64,000 nucleotides of DNA from an uncultured Syntrophomonadaceae bacterium (GCA_964506505.1 CAZDKY010000005.1:33880-97879); one strand, 5' to 3'; positions 10,313 through 19,904 are shown, counted from the first letter of the stretch. Notes: generated by a model from the sequence alone, not told the origin. Program-made: numbers and translations.

Positions 10313-10510
10313 TTATAACTTAACCACGTTTGCCGCCTGCGGCCCACGGTTTCCTTCCACTATTTCGAATTCAACATCCTGACCTTCTTCCAATGTCTTG
10401 AAGCCCTCTTCCTGAATCTCCGAATAGTGGACAAAAACATCTTTGCCTTCCTCTACTTCAATGAAACCGTACCCCTTTTCAGGGTTAAACCATTTTACCT
10501 TACCCTGCAT
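10313..10510 (-). CDS. csp: cold-shock protein (CspA family)
   Basis: 65 aa. [12 protein letters not shown] (RNP1) and VFVHYS (RNP2) motifs. Confidence 0.97.
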   Translation of the reverse strand: MQGKVKWFNPEKGYGFIEVEEGKDVFVHYSEIQEEGFKTLEEGQDVEFEIVEGNRGPQAANVVKL

Positions 10511-10667
10511 TTAAAAAATTACCTCCTAAAATTGTCCTTGCTTTCAGGACGTTATATCGACTAAACAGTATCATAATCATGTTAAAAAAGCAAGATATCT
10601 GGTGAAATATCTAACGATGCTGTATATTATAATAAACTGCGCTGCCGAAGAAACGGAGGTGCTCTTC

Positions 10668-11087
10668 ATGACTCCCGGTATTGGTATAGATCTTGTTTCC
10701 ATAACCCGGATAGAAAGAATATACAGGCGTTATCCCCGCCGCTTTCTGAATAAACTATTCAGCGACCCTGAAAAAGAGAATTTTAAACAGCGAAACGGAT
10801 CCCCCGCTTCACTGGCAGCCCGTTTTGCCGGCAAGGAAGCGGTATTAAAGGCGCTTGGCTGCGGCATAGGCCCTGCCGCTTTACACGAGGTGGAAATTAT
10901 TGCTCCCCGGGGGCACCAGCCCCGGGTTCGCCTTCACGGGGCCGCCCTTGAAATAGCCAGGCGGCAAAAGATCACCACTGTTGCTCTCTCCATGACCCAC
11001 GAACCGCCCTTTGCCTGTGCTGCCGCCGTTGTTTCAGCTGCTTTGCCTGGTATAGTTGAGCAACCCTCCGGCAAGAACAACTTTTAG
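10668..11087 (+). CDS. acpS: holo-[acyl-carrier-protein] synthase
   Basis: MTPGIGIDLVSI start preceded by a GGAGG RBS, plus FAGKEAVLKALG and SMTHE motifs. The ORF track begins earlier, at 10602. The TAG stop at 11085-11087 lies inside the convergent aconitase gene. Confidence 0.9.
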   Translation: MTPGIGIDLVSITRIERIYRRYPRRFLNKLFSDPEKENFKQRNGSPASLAARFAGKEAVLKALGCGIGPAALHEVEIIAPRGHQPRVRLHGAALEIARRQKITTVALSMTHEPPFACAAAVVSAALPGIVEQPSGKNNF

Positions 11088-12956
11088 CAGGCGTTTCGAT
11101 AGGGAATGAGAAGCTTTTATTTCGTTCCCACTTCCCTGATGTTTTATGATTACTGTGTCGTTTTTCAGCTGTCGGGCCACATCTTCTATGATCAACTGGT
11201 CACCCTTTGCCAGATTGTCATAATCACGCTCATCGACAAAAACCAGGGGCAGGATGCCGAAATTAACCAGGTTGGCATGATGAATGCGGGCAAATGATTT
11301 GGCCAGCACCACTTTAATTCCCAGATACATCGGGGCAAGAGCAGCATGTTCGCGGCTGGAACCCTGTCCGTAGTTTTCGCCGGCCACAATTATTCCGCTG
11401 CCGTATTCCCTGGCTTGAGCGGCAAAATGCGGATCGATGGGGGCAAAAACATACTCGCTGATTGCTTCAATATTGGAACGAAGCGGGAGCACTTTTGAAC
11501 CGCCGGGTAAAATATGATCGGTAGTAATGTTGTCTTCCACTACCAGCAGTACTCTGGCCTTAATTGTTTCCGGCAGAGGATTGTTTATCGGCAGGGGGTT
11601 AATGTTCGGACCGCGCACAATTTTCACCCCTGTTCCGTCTTCCGGTGGGGCAATCACCATCCGGTCATCAATCACCGGGCTCGGTTCAGCTTCCAGATGA
11701 GGATAGGGACCGAGATCACGGGGATCGGTGATCTCCCCCCTAAGAGCAGCAGCTGCGGCGGCTGCCGGACCGGTCAGGTAAACCATGGCATCAGCAGTGC
11801 CGCTGCGCCCGGTAAAATTTCTGTTGAAGGTCCGCACAGAAACCCCGCCAGAGGGGGGTGCCTGCCCCATCCCAATACAGGGGCCGCAGGCTGATTCCAG
11901 GATTCTTGCTCCGGACGCAATCATCTTTTCCAGGATTCCCTGCCGGGCCAGGTTGATAAAGGTCTGCCTGGAGCCGGGTGCTACAACCAGGCTAACCCGG
12001 GGATGAACCACTTTATCTTTCAACACTTCAGCCAGCAGTTGTAAGTCGCGGTAAGAACCGTTTGTACAGCTGCCCACAGCTACTTGATCTACGGCTACCG
12101 ACCCGATTTCTCTGATCTTTTTAACAGCATCAGGACTGTGCGGAACAGCAACCAGCGGTTCCAGAATGTCCAGATCGATGGTTACTTCATCATCATAGGT
12201 GGCTCCTTCGTCAGCTTCAAACCTGTGCCATACTTCCTCCCTGCCCTGGTTTTTAAGGAATAAGCGGGTCATTTCGTCGCTGGGGAAGATTGATGAAGTG
12301 GCACCCAGTTCGGCACCCATGTTGGTGATCGTAGCCCTCTCCGGCACGGAAAGATTAGCTAACCCGGGTCCACTGTATTCAATAACTTTGCCAACGCCGC
12401 CTTTGACCGTCAGGCGGCGCAGCAACTCCAGTATTATGTCCTTTGCCCCAACCCATGGTTGGAGTTCGCCAACAAGGTTAACCTTTAAAACAAAGGGGAC
12501 AGTGAGATAGAAAGGCCCGCCGGCCATGGCCACGGCGACGTCCAGACCTCCTGCTCCTATTCCGATCATGCCCAGCCCTCCCGCAGTCGGTGTATGGCTG
12601 TCGGACCCGAGCAGGGTCTTGCCCGGTTCGCCAAATCGTTCCAGGTGAACCTGGTGGCAGATACCGTTTCCGGGCCGGGAAAACCAGATTCCAAAGCGAG
12701 CAGCAGCCGACTGCAGAAAAAGATGATCATCGGCATTCTCAAAACCGTTCTGCAGGGTATTGTGATCAACATAACTGACCGATTTTTCGGTTTTAACCTT
12801 ATCAATACCCAGGGCTTCCAGCTGCAGGTAAGCCATTGTTCCCGTGGCATCCTGGGTAAGAGTCTGGTCCATGCGGATACCGATCTCGGTTCCCCTGACC
12901 AATTCTCCTTCCACAAGGTGCTCTTTCAATATTTTGTACGTTAGATTGTCGGCCAT
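11034..12956 (-). CDS. aconitate hydratase, short (about 640 aa) type
   Basis: Aconitase catalytic-domain motifs (GSDSHT, SCTNGS, CGPCIGMG) and a swivel domain (GENYGQGSSREHAA). The alternative upstream start at 12989 has no better RBS. Confidence 0.88.
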   Translation of the reverse strand: MADNLTYKILKEHLVEGELVRGTEIGIRMDQTLTQDATGTMAYLQLEALGIDKVKTEKSVSYVDHNTLQNGFENADDHLFLQSAAARFGIWFSRPGNGICHQVHLERFGEPGKTLLGSDSHTPTAGGLGMIGIGAGGLDVAVAMAGGPFYLTVPFVLKVNLVGELQPWVGAKDIILELLRRLTVKGGVGKVIEYSGPGLANLSVPERATITNMGAELGATSSIFPSDEMTRLFLKNQGREEVWHRFEADEGATYDDEVTIDLDILEPLVAVPHSPDAVKKIREIGSVAVDQVAVGSCTNGSYRDLQLLAEVLKDKVVHPRVSLVVAPGSRQTFINLARQGILEKMIASGARILESACGPCIGMGQAPPSGGVSVRTFNRNFTGRSGTADAMVYLTGPAAAAAAALRGEITDPRDLGPYPHLEAEPSPVIDDRMVIAPPEDGTGVKIVRGPNINPLPINNPLPETIKARVLLVVEDNITTDHILPGGSKVLPLRSNIEAISEYVFAPIDPHFAAQAREYGSGIIVAGENYGQGSSREHAALAPMYLGIKVVLAKSFARIHHANLVNFGILPLVFVDERDYDNLAKGDQLIIEDVARQLKNDTVIIKHQGSGNEIKASHSLSKRLLKVVLAGGLLNYTRQSS

Positions 12957-13019
12957 CTTTTTTACATTACCTCCATTTGTCCTGTCCAAATTACTATTGT
13001 CACTGTGCTCAATTTTGTT

Positions 13020-14234
13020 TTATTTTCCGGTGATGAAATAATCCATCATCCGCCAGCCTTCTGCAAATAATAGACCTGTTTCAGCAGCCGATTTTTCATC
13101 AAATCTGCGTCCCGGGCTTCTCCTGCTTTCGCTGCTGCGAAAAATGGCAAAGGGGACCGGCTCCCTGGTATGAGTACCCAGGGAAAGAGGCGTGGCATGA
13201 TCGGTCGCCAACAAAATCGAAAAATCCCAGTCGCTTTTAGCAAGCTCCTGTCGGAGAAATCCGGCTACTTGCTTGTCGATCATTTCAATTGCTTTAATCT
13301 TGTTCTCCGCTTCAAAACGATGAGAACACTCATCCGGCGCTTCAATATGCAGATAAACAAAATCTTTTCCATTTCTGAAAGCTTCGAGAACCGCATTTAC
13401 CTTCCCGGTCAAATTAGTATCGATGTACCCCGTTGTTCCTTCTACCAGGATGGGTTCCATACCGGCAAAAAGGCCAATCCCCTTGATCAGATCCACCGCT
13501 GATATAACGGCGCCGTTCAACCCGTATTTGTCGTGGAACAGGGGTAGTTGAGGTTTATGACCGTTACCCCATATCCAGATGGAATTGGCCGGGTGAAGCC
13601 CTTTTTCAAGCCGTTTTTTATTAACGGGATGCTCCGAAAGAATTTTTGAGCTCCGCTCCATAAGCTCAAGTATTTTTGAGCTTTCAGAGCCGGCCGGCAG
13701 ATGGGAGACAATCTTCTGCCCGCTGATATCATGGGGAGGGGTAAGCTGCCAGTCGTCGGGCGCTCCCTGCCAGACCATTAAATTGCGGAACTGAAAACCG
13801 GTGTGAAAATTGATTTCCGCTGATCCAAGCTCCCGACTAATAGCAGCGATCAGTTCTTCCGCTTCAACAGTTGAAATCTCACCGGCGCAGTAATCAACCA
13901 TTGTTTTATCGGCATATTTAGTTTCATCTGAGAGGGTTACCAGGTTGCAGCGAAAAGAAACGTCTTCCGGCCTGAGCTCTATTCCCATGCTGGCCGCCTC
14001 GAAGGGAGAACGTCCGGTATAATACTTGAGAGGATCATATCCCAAGATCGAGAGATTAGCTGTATCACTGCCGGGAGGCAAACCATCCGGGACAGTTCCG
14101 GCCAGTCCAAGCTCGCCTTCTTCAGCCAGCGAGTCAAAGTTAGGCGTTTGGGCATACTGCAGCGCGGTCTGCTGATTAAACTGTGCAAAGGGGTAATCAG
14201 CCATTCCGTCACCAAGAATTACCAAATATTTCAT
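13020..14234 (-). CDS. cofactor-independent phosphoglycerate mutase (ApgM) family protein; proposed homoserine kinase type
   Basis: MKYLVILGDGMAD metalloenzyme N-terminus and ATDHATP motif. About 400 aa. Divergently adjacent to thrC, with no thrB in the window. Confidence 0.75.
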   Translation of the reverse strand: MKYLVILGDGMADYPFAQFNQQTALQYAQTPNFDSLAEEGELGLAGTVPDGLPPGSDTANLSILGYDPLKYYTGRSPFEAASMGIELRPEDVSFRCNLVTLSDETKYADKTMVDYCAGEISTVEAEELIAAISRELGSAEINFHTGFQFRNLMVWQGAPDDWQLTPPHDISGQKIVSHLPAGSESSKILELMERSSKILSEHPVNKKRLEKGLHPANSIWIWGNGHKPQLPLFHDKYGLNGAVISAVDLIKGIGLFAGMEPILVEGTTGYIDTNLTGKVNAVLEAFRNGKDFVYLHIEAPDECSHRFEAENKIKAIEMIDKQVAGFLRQELAKSDWDFSILLATDHATPLSLGTHTREPVPFAIFRSSESRRSPGRRFDEKSAAETGLLFAEGWRMMDYFITGK

Positions 14235-14412
14235 AATATGAGCACACTCCTTTTACATTATTGGCGGATGAACAGAGGGATGAACGATAAACTGTGTCCT
14301 GAAAATAACTCTTTGGCCGATTTTTGTCAAGGGTGTCTCCACCCTTGAAAGGGTTTTGACCACGGCAGGGCGAAAATGAATCAAACAAAATGATCTATGG
14401 AAAACAGAAGGG

Positions 14413-15918
14413 ATGGGAACAATGCACTACTACAGCACCAGGGGAAATTCAGGATTTGCAACAGCTTCTACAGTCATACTGGAGGGGTTGGCGCCAGACG
14501 GAGGTCTCTACGTTCCTTCTGATACGCTGCCCTCTTTTTCGCCTGAAAATATGCAGGGCATTAGCTATCAGTCTCTGGCGCTGGAAATCCTGAAGCCTTT
14601 TCTGAACGACTTCGACAAAAGAGAGATTGAAGAGGCGGTTAATACCGCCTACAGCGAAAGAAACTTCGATCACCCGGACATCACGCCTTTAAAAAAACTC
14701 TCCGGCGATCTTTATGCTCTTGAGCTGTGGCATGGGCCAACCTGCGCCTTCAAGGATATTGCCCTCCAGATTCTGCCACTTTTGATGCGCACAGCCCAGA
14801 TAAAACATGAAAATGACATGGGAATCATTGTCCTTACCGCCACTTCCGGCGATACAGGGAAATCAGCCCTGGAAGGATTCCATGACGTTCCGGGTATAAA
14901 AATTATTGTTTACTACCCCGAAAAAGGAGTCAGCGAGATTCAAAAACTGCAGATGACCACCCAGCGGGGCGGCAACGTTTCTGTAGCAGCAGTGAAAGGC
15001 AATTTTGATCATGCCCAGAGCGGTGTTAAAGATATTTTCAGCGACCGGGAACTGGCCGAAAAGCTGGCCGCCGCCGGTTACCGTCTTTCATCGGCCAATT
15101 CCATCAACTGGGGCCGCCTGGTTCCCCAGGTCGTTTATTACTTTGCCGCTTATTTAAAACTCATAGAACAAAAGGACCTGCAACCGGGAGAAAAAGTGGA
15201 TTTTGTCGTTCCCACCGGTAACTTCGGCAACATCCTGGCCGGCTATTACGCCAGGCGCCTTGGTCTGCCTGTCAACCGCCTGATCTGTGCCACCAATATA
15301 AATAATGTGCTTTCCGATTTTATCAACAGCGGGCGATACAACAGCAACAGAAAGCTGCACCGGACGCTCTCCCCTTCCATGGACATTCTTGTTTCCAGCA
15401 ACCTTGAACGACTGTTATTTGAACTGACCGGCCACGACAGCAGCCTGATTCGCCATTGGATGGCAGATCTGAAAAACAAAAGCGAGTATTCCGTCAGCCC
15501 CGGAGAAAAAGATCAGATCGAAAAGCTTTTCTGGTCAGACTACGCCGACGATGACGAAACAAGCCAGATGATTGCCGACATTTATAACCGCTACCACTAT
15601 TTGATTGATACGCATACCGCCGTGGGCATGGCTGTCCTCCAAAAATACCGCTGCTGCAGCGACCGGAACAGGCCAGCTATAATTCTTTCTACTGCCAGCC
15701 CCTTCAAATTTGCCGGCAGCGTCGCCCGGGCGCTCTTCGGCAGTGATCACATCCGGGGCATTGGGGAACTTGATTTGCTGGAAATGCTGGCCCGGGAAAC
15801 GGGGATAGCTGTACCACCAGCTCTGACCAGGCTGACTTCTGAACCGGTTATACATAAAGAGGTGATCACGCGGGAGAACATGCGCCATCACCTCCTGTCC
15901 AATCTACCTGATTTTTAA
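14413..15918 (+). CDS. thrC: threonine synthase (long form)
   Basis: HYYSTRG N-terminus, PTCAFKD PLP-lysine motif, and TSGDTG. The start could instead be the ATG at 14422. Confidence 0.95.
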   Translation: MGTMHYYSTRGNSGFATASTVILEGLAPDGGLYVPSDTLPSFSPENMQGISYQSLALEILKPFLNDFDKREIEEAVNTAYSERNFDHPDITPLKKLSGDLYALELWHGPTCAFKDIALQILPLLMRTAQIKHENDMGIIVLTATSGDTGKSALEGFHDVPGIKIIVYYPEKGVSEIQKLQMTTQRGGNVSVAAVKGNFDHAQSGVKDIFSDRELAEKLAAAGYRLSSANSINWGRLVPQVVYYFAAYLKLIEQKDLQPGEKVDFVVPTGNFGNILAGYYARRLGLPVNRLICATNINNVLSDFINSGRYNSNRKLHRTLSPSMDILVSSNLERLLFELTGHDSSLIRHWMADLKNKSEYSVSPGEKDQIEKLFWSDYADDDETSQMIADIYNRYHYLIDTHTAVGMAVLQKYRCCSDRNRPAIILSTASPFKFAGSVARALFGSDHIRGIGELDLLEMLARETGIAVPPALTRLTSEPVIHKEVITRENMRHHLLSNLPDF

Positions 15919-17402
15919 GATTCGTCTATTCCGTCTTCCGGCCTGGATTTCTCTTTGTTATCAGGTTTCATTTCCGGCCGGGCGTTTTCTTCTTTATCGG
16001 TTTCCATTCCCGGGCCGTCCTCCATTTCAGGCCCGGAAGTTTGTTCACCCTGCCCTGTACTTTCCCGGATCACCTGGTCGTAAGTCCCGAAACGGCTGAC
16101 CAGGGCCATCCCGAGAGCAATGACAGAGAGAACCATGGTCAGTAATCCGCCCAAAATGGGAATCATACCGAGCAAGCCGAATATAAGCACCCCGATAGCA
16201 ATGGAAACAAGCGGGTTAACCTTTCCTCCTGAAGCAGCAGTGATAATGCGGTCACCAACCAGGTTAACAATTCCGGTGTACCCAAGAACGGCAGCGGCAG
16301 CCAGAACAACGATTTCAACTATTACCAGTGGGATGCCGATAATCGTTATGACCAGCAAAATCATCAGGGGAAATGCCAGGACAGCAGCCAGGATCCCCCA
16401 GCCAATCACCGGTCCCGGTTTCAGGAGGAGGGCATCACTTACCCTCTTTACCGGCTTCGGGAAAAGAGCATAGATCAGGGCGGCCAGGGCAAACATAATC
16501 AACATCCTGATAACTCCTACGGCCACACTGCCGGAATAGCTGAATTGAGTATAAGGCAGGTGCAGCCATCTCCGGGTTTCGAATAAACGGGGTAAAAATC
16601 TGGTGTTTTCGGTAACCCTATCAAGGGAGTGCATTATTTCCCCGGTTACCCTGTTGAACAAATTCTCATCTACTCCATCGAATCGATAACCGGTTTCGGA
16701 GGAGTCCCATGCAGATTCATCCTCGCCTATTATCTCACCGGCGCTTATTTCTTCTTTGATTTCGATGGAGCCGACCGAGGCACTTCCGGACTTATTTACC
16801 GCTCCGCGGCCGACGTATATCTTGCCAACCACTACTGCCTCCGGGCCAAGTTCCACCAGGCCCTGCTCAATTGTAACGTCACCCTCAACAATGCCGTTTA
16901 TATATACGCTGCCACCTTCGCTGTTCACGTCGCCGGCTACCGTTCCCGTTATGCGGATTTCACCGAGGCCGGAGCCAACGCTGCCTCCCACTGCCCCGTC
17001 AATCCGGGCTGTGCCCAGGTCAGCTGACAGGTTGCCGCCGACAGAGCCTTCAACGATCACTTCACCCATGCGTGTCAGCACATCCCCGCTAACGTTCCCG
17101 AGGATAACAACCTGTCCCATATTGGTTTCCACATCACCGTTAACTTCACCCTCGACGCGCACCTGGCCCATATTGCTGTTTACGTTGCCATTCACAATCC
17201 CGAGGACACTCAATTTGCCTACATTTAAGTTCACACCGCCATTTACAACGGTGCCGCGGGGAATTTCCAGATCACCCGCCGTTTTGTTTATGTCTTCGTT
17301 CAAAATAATTTCTTCCGCTGCCATCCCGTTCTGGGCAGGCAAAAGTAATCCAAGTAGCAACATCAGGCATAAAAATACAGGTATTTGCTTCCTAATTATC
17401 AT
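15915..17402 (-). CDS. secreted beta-helix-repeat (bactofilin/DUF4097-like) protein with a C-terminal multi-pass membrane domain
   Basis: Signal-peptide-like N-terminus. About 8-10 repeats of roughly 19 aa (G-x-V-x-G-D-V-x4-M-G-x-V-x-V). At least four hydrophobic helices, then an acidic tail. Only 1 nt (17403) separates it from the anti-sigma stop. Confidence 0.6.
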   Translation of the reverse strand: MIIRKQIPVFLCLMLLLGLLLPAQNGMAAEEIILNEDINKTAGDLEIPRGTVVNGGVNLNVGKLSVLGIVNGNVNSNMGQVRVEGEVNGDVETNMGQVVILGNVSGDVLTRMGEVIVEGSVGGNLSADLGTARIDGAVGGSVGSGLGEIRITGTVAGDVNSEGGSVYINGIVEGDVTIEQGLVELGPEAVVVGKIYVGRGAVNKSGSASVGSIEIKEEISAGEIIGEDESAWDSSETGYRFDGVDENLFNRVTGEIMHSLDRVTENTRFLPRLFETRRWLHLPYTQFSYSGSVAVGVIRMLIMFALAALIYALFPKPVKRVSDALLLKPGPVIGWGILAAVLAFPLMILLVITIIGIPLVIVEIVVLAAAAVLGYTGIVNLVGDRIITAASGGKVNPLVSIAIGVLIFGLLGMIPILGGLLTMVLSVIALGMALVSRFGTYDQVIRESTGQGEQTSGPEMEDGPGMETDKEENARPEMKPDNKEKSRPEDGIDES

Positions 17403-17403
17403 T

Positions 17404-17874
17404 CTAAGTCCCCTCCACCGTTTTAAGTTTGATCAGAACAAACAGCTCAATTATTACTGCAGCGGCAACAGCCGCCAGGATCAAGGCCGGGGCCAGGTTT
17501 TGACCCATTATCAGGAACCCTACGAATGTATCAATCACAAAACCGACCAGGCCGGTTATACCAGCTGAAAACCACCACTGAAGATAGCCTGGATTTAAAA
17601 AATAAGCGCTGATAACCAGGACCAGAAAGATGGCTGCTGTAGTGATGGCGGCCAGCAGAGAACTATCCCGTGTCCGGGCGCTCAGGGCCTCCATGAAACC
17701 CTCAGGCAACTTTTCCTTGCCGGCTAGCCGGTCGGCAGTTTCCTTCAGCACCCTGATTTCCATCAGCCGGCGGCGGCAGGATTGACAACCCTTCATATGA
17801 GCAATGATGGAGTCATCAATCTTTTCGCCATCGATATAAGCCTGAATAGTAATCATATCCGGGCATTTATCCAT
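17404..17874 (-). CDS. anti-sigma factor, zf-HC2 type, membrane anchored
   Basis: N-terminal C-x24-H-x3-C-x2-C (CPDM...HMKGCQSC) followed by hydrophobic helices. It lies directly downstream of the ECF sigma gene. Confidence 0.75.
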   Translation of the reverse strand: MDKCPDMITIQAYIDGEKIDDSIIAHMKGCQSCRRRLMEIRVLKETADRLAGKEKLPEGFMEALSARTRDSSLLAAITTAAIFLVLVISAYFLNPGYLQWWFSAGITGLVGFVIDTFVGFLIMGQNLAPALILAAVAAAVIIELFVLIKLKTVEGT

Positions 17875-17878
17875 ATTT

Positions 17879-18373
17879 TTATCTCCTTTCTTCCTGCAGT
17901 ACTTCCCTGAGCATTATCCTGCCGCGGTACAGCCTGTTTTTAACAACGCTCAGTTCAAGACCAAGAGTTTCAGCAATTTCAGCATAGGCCAGTTCACCAA
18001 CATGCCTCAACAAAAGTATTTCCCTGTACTGCAGCGGCAGTCCGTGCAAAACCCTGTGGAGTTCAGCTTCACTTTCCTTTTCCAGGTAGATATCTTCAGG
18101 GCTTTTATCCACCGCCGGCTGAATTTTTTCCAGTGCCTCGACCTGTGTTTCCCGGCGGATCCGGTTCCAGCTGCGGCAGAGGTTGGTGGCAATTTTAAAC
18201 AGCCAGGGCCCCGCCGGCCTGTTCCGGTCAAACCGATCGAGATGTTTGTAGGCGCGCAGAAATGTTTCCTGGGCTATATCTTCAGCCTGCTCCCGGTTCC
18301 CGGTGTAACGCAAAGCCAGTCGGTATATACGGTCTCCATATGTTTCGACCATTTCGCGGAGCAATTTCTGCAC
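17879..18373 (-). CDS. ECF-type RNA polymerase sigma-70 factor
   Basis: 164 aa. Region 2 (AEDIAQETFLRAYK) and region 4 (LSYAEIAETLGLELSVVKNRLYRGR) are recognisable. Confidence 0.9.
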   Translation of the reverse strand: MQKLLREMVETYGDRIYRLALRYTGNREQAEDIAQETFLRAYKHLDRFDRNRPAGPWLFKIATNLCRSWNRIRRETQVEALEKIQPAVDKSPEDIYLEKESEAELHRVLHGLPLQYREILLLRHVGELAYAEIAETLGLELSVVKNRLYRGRIMLREVLQEERR

Positions 18374-18440
18374 TTTAGCACCACCAGTTATATCTATCTA
18401 TAATATTAATACGCACGAAAAATGAAAAAGTCTGATCCAA

Positions 18441-18470
18441 ACAAAAAAAAACCGGCTTTTTTAGCCGGTA
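18441..18470 (-). terminator. intrinsic terminator after the DapF-fold gene
   Basis: Minus-strand hairpin ACCGGCT-loop-AGCCGGT followed by a run of 10 T. Confidence 0.8.
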
Positions 18471-18491
18471 ATTTTACAATTCCCATCTCCC

Positions 18492-19436
18492 TCACGGCAG
18501 ACGCGCCTCACCCGTGGATGTGATCTCCACCCGGCTGTGAGAAAAAGAAGCGGCCCTGGCCGTATCTCCTTCGATTTGCATTTCGACGGCAGTCAAATCG
18601 GGCCCGCCAAGTTCAATACCCCCGCCCGATTCAATTTCCAGGGTGACTGTTTCGCCATCATCGGCCAGGCGGTGGTTTAATTCTCCAGCGGCAAAAGCGG
18701 CCAGGGCCAGGGCTACCGACCCGGTCCCGCAGGAGGGTTCAAAAAAATTATCCCGCACATAATGAGGGAAAATTACCCTCATATTACCCTCGTGCTCAGG
18801 ATACCAATCGTAGACGGCAACATTTGGTTCCTTTTCCCCGGTTTCCGTCATGAAATCATCCTGCAGGGCAGTCACCGCCTCCCGGGTGACACTGTTCCAG
18901 CTATAAAAATCTGAATCTGGATAGACTTTCCTGAACTTATCAGCATTGATGATCAAAAACTTGCCGGACTGCATTACTTCAAGATTCCTTAACCGTAGCA
19001 GGCGAACACCGCGGTTGTAACAATCCGCAACAAAACCGCTCATATCTGTTTTGATGCGACGGGCTTTCCCGGCAGCAATTTCAATATGCAGGGAGGTTAA
19101 GCCACTGTCAATTTCAAGTATAACCTCCAGGGGATTGGCGGTACCGTCAATTCCGAAAAGCTTCCCCAGTCCGGTTTCAATAAGGGCAGCACCGAGCACC
19201 TGGGTAAAACCGCCGCAGGCATTGATAAAACAGGGCACGGTCGGTTCGGCTATTTTAACAGCAATCCGGCCCGGCCGGCCGGTTTGATAAAGGATACCGG
19301 CTTCGTGACCGTAGAGATAATTGGGACCCATCAGCTTAACTGCCGTTTCCAGTTCACAGCCTGCCGGAATTTGTTCTCCGCGCAGCAGGATAATGAGGTT
19401 GCCCCCCATGTGTCCGCGGACAAAATCAAGTTTCAT
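18492..19436 (-). CDS. DapF/PhzF-superfamily (diaminopimelate-epimerase fold) protein of unknown specificity
   Basis: FVRGHMGGNLIILL aligns with the DapF FxKMHGxGNDFvvv start. Two Cys loops (NACGGFTQ and PSCGTGSVALALAA) sit at the expected catalytic positions. The DapF GND signature is altered. Confidence 0.55.
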   Translation of the reverse strand: MKLDFVRGHMGGNLIILLRGEQIPAGCELETAVKLMGPNYLYGHEAGILYQTGRPGRIAVKIAEPTVPCFINACGGFTQVLGAALIETGLGKLFGIDGTANPLEVILEIDSGLTSLHIEIAAGKARRIKTDMSGFVADCYNRGVRLLRLRNLEVMQSGKFLIINADKFRKVYPDSDFYSWNSVTREAVTALQDDFMTETGEKEPNVAVYDWYPEHEGNMRVIFPHYVRDNFFEPSCGTGSVALALAAFAAGELNHRLADDGETVTLEIESGGGIELGGPDLTAVEMQIEGDTARAASFSHSRVEITSTGEARLP

Positions 19437-19529
19437 CCAATAAAATTCCTTTCATTTAAGTTTTTGATAAAGTTCTGATCCCCGGCTTCAACAAAGGGAG
19501 TGAACTCACCCCCGCAAATGAAAAAGATT

Positions 19530-19904
19530 TCAGAAACAGTGTCCCGACTTGCGCACCTCGTTCATCCTTGTTTGCAGGCAGGGACAGATATTTTCAGGGA
19601 TATTCTCAAAACGGCAGGGACAGTAAAAGTCGCCATATAGCCTGTTTTTTTCTATTAAACCCTCAATAACCAGTTCTTTGTCTTCATTGAAGGTGTAACC
19701 ACGCAGCCGAGCAAAATTTTCCGAGCGATTGCGAATCTCAGTTTCGGGATCCTGAGTCCTGCGTTTCGCTGTAACCTCCGGTTCCGTTTCTATTATTACC
19801 AGTTCAGCTCCACAAATAGGACAGATGATTTCCTGCCCCTTCTCAGGTTGCTTCCGATGAATAAAGGGAAGCCGGCATACTTCACAATAAATTTTATTTT
19901 TCAT
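19530..19904 (-). CDS. ferredoxin-thioredoxin reductase catalytic-subunit-like protein with an N-terminal zinc-ribbon/rubredoxin-like module
   Basis: C-terminal CPCR-x9-CPC-x13-HC pattern typical of FTR catalytic subunits. N-terminal CxxC-x19-CPxC. The start overlaps the glutaredoxin-like gene by 11 nt. Confidence 0.7.
   Translation of the reverse strand: MKNKIYCEVCRLPFIHRKQPEKGQEIICPICGAELVIIETEPEVTAKRRTQDPETEIRNRSENFARLRGYTFNEDKELVIEGLIEKNRLYGDFYCPCRFENIPENICPCLQTRMNEVRKSGHCF

Noticed and set aside
14390-14593. Possible threonine leader peptide (ORF with three consecutive Thr, ...QCTTTAPG) upstream of or overlapping thrC.
   Set aside because: The Thr run lies inside the thrC coding region in another frame (thrC starts at 14413/14422). 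It is not in a separate upstream leader, and no attenuator geometry follows it.
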